Origin: Antedon mediterranea
Lineage: Eukaryota > Animalia > Echinodermata
Direction of reading: 5' to 3'
Length of the DNA: 64,000 nucleotides
NCBI RefSeq assembly: GCF_964355755.1
Contig: NC_092674.1
Location: forward strand, 15,934,001-15,998,000
The notes beneath the pieces are model-generated. The model made no database searches. It was not told the DNA's origin and saw only the letters and a list, made by a program, of their open reading frames with translations. The position numbers and the translations under genes were made by a program. Positions 12,401 to 24,400 of the stretch are shown one piece after another (the first letter of the stretch is position 1; each line of letters begins with the position of its first letter).

Positions 12401-15400
12401 TCTTCCCTATCTTTCAACCCTAATGTTACATACAAAACACAAATTGGGTTTGTTTATAATACAAAATTTGGAATCATTTTGTGTGACAAGTATGAAGTAA
12501 TTCCCAGTAGTATTTAACGACATAAATTATCGTGTCTATTTATTCGTCTCTGTAAACGACATGTATTATAGTCCTGCGCTACGTACATTTGAAATCGCCA
12601 TTTTTTTTTATGCTGAAATGACTGTGTATTTGAGAACCATCTGTGGGCACGCCTAATGTATTAATTATATTAATTTTTTTTTTAATTCTTGCAAATGGCA
12701 TTTTTATTCACTGATTGTTTTAAACTGAATCTAATCTGTGATATTGTTTAATGTTTAAAATATTTTATGTAAATTGTTTTGATGGAATTTTTATCAATTC
12801 TGTTAATTGGGGTTTGGGGGAAGGGGGGATTCCGCTGTTGAGAAAGAAAATTAATATTCATAGTACAAATTTAGCCTGTTTTTCTAGAAAAAAAAACATC
12901 CTGAAATAATAAATCCTGATACATACTCGCTGCCATATTGTGTTTCACGTTGAACCCTTTCCACATATTTCTTGTGATGCTGTTCTAGAGTAATGACTTC
13001 ATCCATGATAGATTGTACAGTCTTGTAACAGGACTTATGATCTTCAATGTGAATATGAGGTTCAAAGCCTGGACCTTGATATACAGAATCTATTACACAG
13101 GAATCTAAATAAAAAATAAACATGTTAATAAATTCTATATTGCTCTACCACTCCATCAAAAATATATGAGAACAGTTATTAACATACTAGATTTGAACTC
13201 GAGTTAGTTATCCACACGACAAACCTATTTTGCACAGCTACAGGTCTATCTTCCGACAAGGAATTGTTTACAAGAATTAAAGATACACATGCAACAAAAT
13301 TCATGGAAAGAAAGAATGACAAAGAGATAAAAAAAAAAATACTGACAATCACAAGGGTTATCCGCAACAAAAGTTGAGGATAACCAATTATTTGCAACAA
13401 AAGTTTAAATGTCAATTAAATTAATACAGCGCTAAAAGGTAACTAGATTTAATTCGTCAGAATGACAAATAATAGGTTATATGCATCGATTTAAATAAAA
13501 ATAATTGATTTTTAAAAGATATGTTGATTGATAGATTTTGTCAGAATCTTTAATTATTTATAATATACGAATATATAACGCAAATACCAAAGCCGGTATC
13601 ACAATCCGATCAAAGATCCCCCTGCATATAATGTCACAAACCACATTTGTTACGTAATAATAAAGACATAAGTTACTTTTTCTCTAGGTTTCATTTTAAT
13701 CATGTGCATAATCTATACACTAAGAAATACAATGTAATAAACAATACTGAAAATAAAATAAAATCTTATTTCAAGGTGAGACTCGATCTCGGCACCTTGA
13801 ATGCTAAAGACGAGAGCACAGACCACTGAGCCATACACAACTAAAAGTTGATGAACAATTCCTCTGAGTATTTACTATACAGTAACCACTTTGGTGCAGA
13901 TAGATTATTACATACGGCAATGAATCATAATTTTTTACTATGCCATTTTGAAAAAATGTTTAAATGTCACTGTCAAAGTATTTATTTTTATTTTATTTTA
14001 TTTAATTTTCAGGCAAACATACATGACAACACAGCGGTGCAGCACCCTGAGGATTGCCATGAGTGCAAAGCACTATCGAGATGGCTCTCCATATACTGCA
14101 CTAGAACATATAAGACAAACATATACACAAGATGCTCTACATAGACAAAGACTTATTATTAAGTCTTTGGGAGTGGAGTTGTAAATTGTCATGAGAAAAA
14201 AACCCTGACATATGACAGGACTTGAACCCAGGACCCTTAGATTGGTAGCCAAGCATCATAACCACCAAGCCACAGCTCCACTCCCAGAGTATTTACTATA
14301 CAGTAACCACTTTGGTGCAGATAGATTATTACATACGGCAATGAATCATAATTTTTTACTATGACATTTTGAAAAAATGTTTAAATGTCACTGTCAAAGT
14401 ATATACTTTTAACTTTAATATATTATGAACATTTTAAAGAAGGAGGTTAATGTTAAGTTTGTTATTTCGGTCCAAAAAAGTCATAGTTTGTTTGATTTTC
14501 AAAATTAATTTTTACAAATTTAATATGCAATTAATGATGATGGAATCAACCTTTTTTCTCTTAATTTTCCTGATCATTCATTGGTCATTTTAAAATCAAT
14601 TAAAAACATACATTTAAAAAAAATGTGTTGGTCACCAATAAATAATAACCAGAAACTGATTTTTGGATTTTCTATATATATTTTTACATTATATATTATT
14701 GTGCCTTATACTTCAATATTTGGATATATTTTATACTATTAATTAATCAATCGATGCATATATATTGATTTCTTTTTATTTTATCTTGTAAATGTCTGTT
14801 GTTAAATTATTATTAATTTTTCCCTTGTACACAGCAAAGTTCCCTGCAGTGCACACACCCCGTTCTATTGAAGTCCGATCTATAAATTCCATTCAAATCA
14901 ATCCTGCAACAACAGCGTTTTGCAATAAAAAAAAAGCTTACAATACTTTGCTATGGATGATTAAATAGATGAATGTTTAGCAGAGAGTAATCTTCTGACC
15001 CTAAGTACTAACGTTTGTAGCTTTCACATTGCGTCCCTGTTACGTTTGTGGAGAAATGGAGTGCATTCAGGTGTTCAAACCCAGGTGAACTTACAAAGTT
15101 TTTTGACTTTTCAAATCCCACCAAACAAAATATTCCAGTATTAAATCCCAGTGAGTTTTTCTAGGTAGTTTGAATCAAAATATCAATATATTACCAACTT
15201 CTTCCCTAAGTTTAGTCAGTTGTGCAAACGATTAATGCAATAATCCACTACTACCTGCACGGAATAATTGTTTTTATTTACAGGCACATTCAATAGATTT
15301 AATTTACATGAGATATGAAATAAATAAATTACTCAAACTGAATACAGAATGACGTGAAACTATGTCTACTACTACTACTCATAGCTTGTTATTACGACAC

Positions 15401-18400
15401 AAACTACAGAATGTGAGATTCACAAACACAATAAAAAATAAACAACTAATAACAAAGAACCAACAAAGAGATATGGAATATAAAAGAAAAAACTAGAGTA
15501 GTTCTATTAGTTCATTCACATGTTGTTTAGTTTTTAAAATCTTACTTTATTGATTGAATAAGATGACACCATTTATATGTAGCCTTATCATTCAGGATGC
15601 AACAGAATTGATATTAAGGAGAAAGTAAATGTATTGTGCTGGTTTGATGACATGCACACATCATTTAGTTTTCTTATGTTTTTGTATCAGATAGAAAAAT
15701 ATGCAAATTGAACTTGAAGGAAAAATTCTAGATAAGACATCTCACAACATGCAGTCAACAAACAAATGTAAAACAATAATGTGCTACCAGTCTTAAAGCA
15801 CATAACAGTCACCATATGATAAACTCACTGTGGTGGACTTCACTATGGTAGATTTCCCAAGATAGGTCATCTATAATAGCAGCATAGCATAAAATAATAC
15901 AGAAAAACAATACAATTGAAATAGAGAAACAGACAATTCATACAAAATGTTAAAGTAGTAATAATAACCCTTGTTCATCTACAATGTGTTGCAAATTATT
16001 GATGATATTATCGCTTTTTTGTTATTATTAAAATAGTAAGGATTTATGTCCTCCAGCTTGATATTTGTGCCAAAATAGATTTTTTTAACTAATTTTTAGT
16101 TATCCGCACCTTGGCGGATAACTCCTTGTGATTGTATGAGATCATCATCAACTTTTTTTTCTGTATTATTAGTTATCCGCATTTAGCGTCCTGTTTCTTT
16201 TTCTTTATATTTTTCTTCTGTCTTTCTCCCCCATTTTTTGTGCATCACGTATCTTTAAAAATGGGTAAACATAACTTTTAACATAATTTTTTAACTTAAT
16301 GTAAGTAGATATGTTGTAGATATTAATTCATGCAGAATCTTTACCTCTTGGATGTTGTGATGTCATTGTATGGCCACACAAATGTAAAATATAGGATTTT
16401 TGTCTTTTCGTTATTGCTCATCACATTCAAAAAAGCGCATCTCGTTTATCCGTATTCTATCTCCCCAGAGATTTTAATATTGTCTAAGGTCAATCAACTA
16501 TCTTTCTTAGGAATTAAAAATATTTTAATTTCTATGACGTCATAATGTCTAAATATTTTAATAACGTGGGTCACTTTTTTTCAATCTGTATAGCTTGTCA
16601 GAATGAAAAGTGATAATCATTATAAAAATGTTTTCTGGAAGCTATTGGATTGTAGACACGAATTCATATGAACATTTTGCCAATCAGATGTTGTGACGTC
16701 ATCATATGGCCAGTTCAATTATAGAAGTTGTATTTTCATTTAAAAGAGTGACATCTATATTTTACGTATTCAAATTTCTTCTACAAGTTAATATGTTGTT
16801 TTATTCAATTCAAAATTGTCAATATTTTTGGGCACAGAGCTTGTACATAGCATAGAAAGGTCGTTTTGAAATTTATTTTTGTTCTTCATGCCTTCTGTAA
16901 TAGATTTTATTCATTTTTGTGAATTTTAATTGCAGAATAATGACACACGTGCACGTTAAAATTTAAAAAAAACATGCGCTTAAAAATTGCAAATTCAATG
17001 CAAATTTATGAAAAAATATGTATATTTTAAATCTATTATAGCGCTTCAGAAAGACTGTTGACCCACCATTTTATTTTGAAAGCTAATGAGTTGTGGATAT
17101 GAATTCATGTAACTTTGTTGCTTGACAAGTTGTCTGCCGCCATCATATGGCCACTCGAATGAAAAAAAATGTTTTTTGTCTCATTTGTCATAGCTCATCG
17201 CATTCAATAAAACGCATCTCGCTTATTTGTATTCCATTTTGCCCCAGTCGGCCATTTTTTAATTAAAAATGGCGCCTGAAGGGGTGGTTGTAAAAAATTA
17301 ACCCAACTTTTTTTAATTCAGCAACTCAAGAATAACAAAGTTAGCCCATAAAAATCTATTTTGGCACAAATATCGAGCTGGAGCTAGTTTTCCTTACATA
17401 TGTGACTGTACTAAAACGTTAATTGTATTCTTATATTGTTTGAAGGTTTGCATGGCGAAATCATATGTTGATATAAGTTTGTGGTACACCAGAGATGTTA
17501 GTTCTGAAAAGAACTGTTGAGTTTCTAGACGTTTCGATCAATATGCTTTGATCGTCCTCAGGAGTGAGAATGCAGAAAGTCCAGGAAACTTGGAATATAA
17601 GTGGAAAAGGGTGGGATTGGTGTGAAAGCCACAAACAATAGCAAGTTCACATAGTGGGAGGGATTGAAACTAGCTATAGCAGAGCATTGGGTCTCATGAA
17701 CAATAGTGAATGGAAACTAGCTATAGCAGAGCATTGGGTCTCATGAACAATAGTGAATGGAAACAAGCTATAGGAGAGCATTGTTCTGATAGGTGTGAAA
17801 AGCAAGGTCAACAGTTCTTCTTCTTCAGAACTAACATACGTGGTGTACCGCAAACTTATATCAACAATTGTATTCTTACAAAATTATTTGTTCCAGCTAA
17901 AACTATTTCTAAATTTTTTAAATGATCTTGGACTAGATTACTAACCTTGATGAATATTACAACCAAAGATTAGATAGTTGTTTTTGGATACATATTCAAG
18001 CATATATATTTTTTATTAGCTCAATTTAACCCTATATTTATTAATTTATTAGAATAATGGATACAAACACATTTCCTTTGTTTTACAGATTGAGCATAGT
18101 CCTTGATGTCACATAATACAAAAATTAATATCAATGCATTTTAAGCACATGAGTTTTGTGGTCTGTGGTCAGGTCAGAGATGTATCATGCATGTGAAAAG
18201 TTACCACATAACCTATGCTGTTTGTATTTTTCTCAATTTAAATAGTAATTAATTTTTCATTCATTCAAAGACAAGTTGTCAACTGTTAGACATAACAATA
18301 CAAACCATTTGTGCAATGAACCATTTTTGGAGCCAGCAAAGCAAAAAAAAACAAGTTTGCAAAATGCTGTCTTAAAACAGCTTTGATCACTCTCAACAAA

Positions 18401-21400
18401 CAAGAAAATTTGTTCACAAAAATAGTGATTAAAATATTATATTATACATACAAATTTTAACTGTAGGATACTTGCCTCTCATTTTTTCAAGTTTATCAAT
18501 GTTTGCAAGAAACAATGAGTGTATGCGCTCCATCTCACGATCTGAATCCACATCAGCTTTTGTTAGACAAATTTGTTTACTAAAATGGATAAGACAATAC
18601 ATTTATGTATCACAGCATTATGTGTTATTGTCTAAACGTAGTTTTATGAGGGTTGCATCAAATTAAAACAAAAATAGGGTAATACTGTATTTTTGTGGGT
18701 CCTCTAAAACAAAATTATAAAAAAAGCCCTGATCTTAATAAAATCTATATAAATTATATTCTTTTGCTCAAAGCGATTTTAAATTTATTGTTCACAATGC
18801 AATCACGGTCAGAAGTTTTAATGAAGGTAGTAAATTCAACAGCAGCACACACATGTCTGATGTCTGCAGGGCCTGAATAAATAATACTAAACTAACATAC
18901 TACAAAGTACTAATGAAGTTATTTTATATTTGATCAAATAATAACATGACCTTATGTACATAATCTACTCTATCAAATTTTATTATAGGAATGAAAGAAT
19001 TACACAACTACTGTACTACCAATTACACAACTACTGTACTACCAATTACACAACTACTGTACTACCAATTACACAACTACTGTACTACCAATTACACAAC
19101 TACTGTACTACCAATTACACAACTACTGTACTACCAATTACACAACTACTGTACTACCAATTACACAACTACTGTACTACCAATTACACAACTACTGTAC
19201 TACCAATTACACAACTACTGTACTACCAATTACACAACTACTGTACTACCAATTACACAACTACTGTACTACCAATTACACAACTACTGTACTACCAATT
19301 ACACAACTACTGTACTACCAATTACACAACTACTGTACTACCAATTACACAACTACTGTACTACCAATTACACAACTACTGTACTACCAATTACACAACT
19401 ACTGTACTACCAATTACACAACTACTGTACTACCAATTACACAACTACTGTACTACCAATTACACAACTACTGTACTACCAATTACACAACTACTGTACT
19501 ACCAATTACACAACTACTGTACTACCAATTGAGGAACCAGTTTTAATTAATAAATAAACAACTAGCAAACATGTTTCAAGGAATACCACTCTTTGGAGTG
19601 TAAAATGAGAACAAAGCCCTTAGAATTTTGGAAATAATTATTACAAATTAAACATTTCACTTCAATTTGATTACTGCAGATATACCTGCCACTAGCTGGT
19701 GTGCAACCTTCTTGACATTCTGATTGGCTATTACAACTGAAAATAAAATAATTCATATATTTATATTATCCTAAGAATTAAAACTAGGTTATCATATAAA
19801 TATTGCATGCATAATTAATTAATGATTCCTTGGGGTGATTGTTGTTTGGTCAAAATTATACTTCTAGAGGAGGTCATGTAAACATAGACATAAATATGTA
19901 TCAGGAGTGGTCGCAGGACTAATTTAAGAGTCCAGGGACATAATAGAAACTAAGTATTTGTGCCACCTGGATATTTCTAGACTTTTAGTATGTTCATATA
20001 GAAATGCATTGTGGTGAAAAAAATGTTGTTGCAATTTTTTTCAACATTTTACTAATTCTGGGCATATCTTTTCTGTACTTGGACCTACGCTTATGGTCCA
20101 GATTCAAGAAGAGTTGTCCCACCACCAGAACTAGGAGCGAGTTAGCCTCGAACTCATGCCAATATTGTTGGCTAACTCATGCCGATATTGTTAGCTAACT
20201 CATGCCGATATTGTTGGCTAACTCATGCCGATATTGTTGGCTAACTCATGCCGATATTGTTGGCTAACTCATGCCGATATTGTTGGCTAACTCATGCCGA
20301 TATTGTTGGCTAACTCATGCCGATATTGTTGGCTAACTCATGCCGATATTGTTGGCTAACTCATGCCGATATTGTTGGCTAACTCATGCCGATATTGTTG
20401 GCTAACTCATGCCGATATTGTTAGCTAACTCATGCCGATATTGTTAGCTAACTCATGCCGATATTGTTTAGCTAACTCATGTCGATATTGTTTAGCTAAC
20501 TCATGCCGATATTGTTAGCTAACTCATGCCGATATTGTTAGCTAACTCATGCCGATATTGTTGGCTAACTCATGCCGATATTGTTGGCTAACTCATGCCG
20601 ATATTGTTGGCTAACTCATGCCGATATTGTTGGCTAACTCATGCCGATATTGTTGGCTAACTCATGCCGATATTGTTAGCTAACTCATGCCGATATTGTT
20701 TAGCTAACTCATGTCGATATTGTTTAACTAACTCATGCCGATATTGTTGGCTAACTCATGCCGATATTGTTGGCTAACTCATGCCGATATTGTTGGCTAA
20801 CTCATGCCGATATTGTTGGCTATCTCATGCCGATATTGTTGGCTAACTCATGCCGATATTGTTGGCTAACTCATGCCGATATTGTTGGCTAACTCATGCC
20901 GATATTGTTGGCTAACTCATGCCGATATTGTTGGCTAACTCATGCCGATATTGTTGGCTAACTCATGCCGATATTGTTGGCTAACTCATGCCGATATTGT
21001 TGGCTAACTCATGCCGATATTGTTGGCTAACTCATGCCGATATTGTTGGCTAACTCATGCCGATATTGTTGGCTAACTCATGCCGATATTGTTGGCTAAC
21101 TCATGCCGATATTGTTGGCTAACTCATGCCGATATTGTTAGCTAACTCATGCCGATATTGTTGGCTAACTCATGCCGATATTGTTAGCTAACTCATGCCG
21201 ATATTGTTAGCTAACTCATGCCGATATTGTTAGCTAACTCATGCCGATATTGTTGGCTAACTCATGCCGATATTGTTAGCTAACTCATGCCGATATTGTT
21301 AGCTAACTAATGCCGATATTGTTAGCAAACTCATGCCGATATTGTTGGCTAATTCATGCCGATATTGTTGGCTAACTCATGCCGATATTGTTAGCTAACT

Positions 21401-24400
21401 CATGCCGATATTGTTAGCTAACTCATGCCGATATTGTTAGCTAACTCATGCCGATATTGTTAGCTAACTCATGCCGATATTGTTAGCTAACACATGCCGA
21501 TATTGTTGGCTCTTTAGGCACGGTAAACAGCGCCCCTGCCATTTCACTGTAATTAGTGGACCATTTGGTTTTATGATTCAAGTCAACCAATTTGTAGGGT
21601 CACAAGCATACATTTCTTACCACATCCATTCTCCGTTAATATATGCTGCAGGATGGTAGGTCATCAATCGATCATGGTTGCTACGACAAATGTTTGATAA
21701 TACATCACCCCTAAAAATATCAATAGTAAATGTGAGTGAATAGTGGTCTTTTAAATTTTTTTTAATATTATCTATTGTATTAGGCTATCATCGCTCTCTG
21801 AAGAGCGATAGCCTATTGTTATTGTCAAAAATTTCATTTTTTTGCTAAATTTTTGTGTCATGCAGATCTTAAAAACGGCGATAGCATTTATGTTGTAACT
21901 TGGCCAGCAGATGCACGTATATTTGTAGTTGTGCAACGAACTTTGGTTTAATGAAAATATGGTCGCGTAGCATAACTACGCTCAATTTTCTGAAATTCTT
22001 AAATTTACTATAAATTCAAAACTAACAGCCTTTTTCAAATGAAACTTGGACACACACACTGATGCTTCATGTCAAGGGTCATCTTCCTGTATAATCAGCA
22101 AAATTTTGAACATTGGTATTTTCGTGCGTACACTCGCATTGAAAGTTAAAAATGCTCAAAATCAATTTCTAATCAACTTTCTACACGTTTCAGGACATTT
22201 TAAGCATTTCACATTTAAAGAAAAATGTTGCTAATCTAATTGCTAATTGTTTTATGTACAGCCCATATATATAATTATTTTAAATACAATACTTTCAGGT
22301 ATTGCTGATTTTTGTATCATTTTATAAATACCAAAAATATATGAATAAATTAAATAAATAAAAAGAAAATACAAAATGAGAGTGCTGTACGGTGGTCATT
22401 TTTGTCAATTTTTTACATTTGGGGAATTATTACAAATTTATAAACAACCTTTAAAAATTTCAGGTTTCAGAGATCATTTTAGAGATACCACATATCTTTA
22501 GGCAAAAAAAAAAAAATTCTGGTGTTTTCCAAGGCAAAACAACGTATCTACCAGATACTGTACGTTGTTCTACCACGGAAATGCATAAGATGTTTGCTTC
22601 AAATTCTCACAAGCAGCTAAACCGCTGATGCATGACATGACGATATGCATAGCAATGATCTTATCTAAAAGTAAAAGATATATTAAACAATACTAGGCCT
22701 ATTAGACATATTTAAATTTATTCTAAGAATTAACTATATTTAGGAAAAATTCGGGTAAGCTTGAAACTAGGCTAGGCTATTATTTTTAACAGACCTACCT
22801 AATCTAGCCTAGTACCCCAGTATTTCATTTCATATCTTTCTTTATTCTGGAAAACTCATTCAATACATAAGTACTGGTCTCCCATGAGGTCCAGATTTGT
22901 AACTTAACTACAAAGCATAATATATACATATGTCAAAAAAACTTGTAATATTAAAATTGCTCTTAAATACTTCTAAATTCATTATTAATTGGTAATTTTG
23001 GCGTAAATCAATTGGGAGATTATTCCAGAGTTTAGGAAATCGATAGAGGAAGGTCCTTTTACCTTGTAAATTTGTCCATGTTAGAGTTAATAAGGTATGA
23101 TGAGTGGTGTGCATAAATTGAAACTGGGTTGATAGATATGAAGGAGCAATATCTTTTAAACATTTAAAAACTAACATCAACAATTGCTCATCCCATTTGT
23201 CTGTAAGTTTCTTCCATTTAAGTGATAACATTAATTCATTTACCGGAGTGGTAATGTCAGCAAATAAACGTATTCTAGCAAGCAAAATTTTAGTAGTATT
23301 TGAAGTGAGTTAATATTATCATTATTACAATTACACCAAACAGAAACAACAATTTTAGTCAAAACAAGGAATTACGATTACATTTACAAGTAGACAAAGA
23401 GTTGAGTTAGGTAGGCAATATCGAATTCTTCGAATTATGCCTATACGTTGTGACTTTTTTAAAGAAACTTTCTCAATGTGTTTGTCCCAGGACATATGAG
23501 AGTCAAAATGAATTCCTAAATATAATCCTTTTCAATGTGCACTCCATTAAATTTAACATAAATATTTTGAAAATTGTTTAGGCAAAACTTTGTTCCGAAG
23601 ACCATAAATTTAGTCTTTTTAGTGTTAAGGGTTAGGTATGTTAAATTCAAACCATTTGGAAATAATATTTACATTAACATCAATATCACTTTGGATGCTA
23701 ACAGAGTCAGATGAAGAAAGTAAAAGTGTAGTATCATCGGCATACATAGCACATTTACAAGTTAAACTATCTGGTAGTGAATTAACATATATAATAAAGA
23801 GGAGAGGCCCAATAAGTATAGAGTGTTGAGGGGCCCCAACATTGATTGATTTGGGTACAGATAAAGAGGATTTAATCTTTACAACTTGCAATCTATTGCA
23901 ACGGTAAGGAACATAAAGCATCGTCCCTAATTCATAATTGATTCAATTTACGAATTAACAGTTCATGGTTGATAGTATCAAATATACTTTTTCAGATCTA
24001 AGAAAATGTCTGCAGTTACATCATTCATATTATTTAAGATAAGATCAGATCATGTACTGATCGTTCAATGATCTTTGAGATAATTGGCAGTACCGATATT
24101 GGTTTATCATTTGCTAAATCTGATTTATCACCTTCTTTGTAATTAGGCACAACTCTAGCGTTTTTCCACTCTGCAGGAAATGTTACATATAAAAGCGAGA
24201 GAATTACATATAATGAATGCAGCTAATTTCAAGTTTTACATCCAATCCATCTAGACCAGGCGATTTATTATTTGCGAAATTGTTAATGTGGTTTGTATGT
24301 AGGCCTTGTAGGTAGGGTATAACATAATAATATAAGAAGTCTATATCCTAAATAGTAGATCCAAATGACTAGGCTCGCGTCGTCTACAAATGCACGCTTT

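Noticed and set aside
18465-18472. Canonical GT donor (AA|GTATCC) for exon 22
   Set aside because: It gives phase 2 and frameshifts exon 23.
18954-21511. CRISPR array or repeat-protein ORFs (192 aa and 188 aa)
   Set aside because: Units are head-to-tail with no unique spacers, there are no cas genes and the context is a eukaryotic intron; the ORFs are artefacts of a stop-free 23-bp unit.
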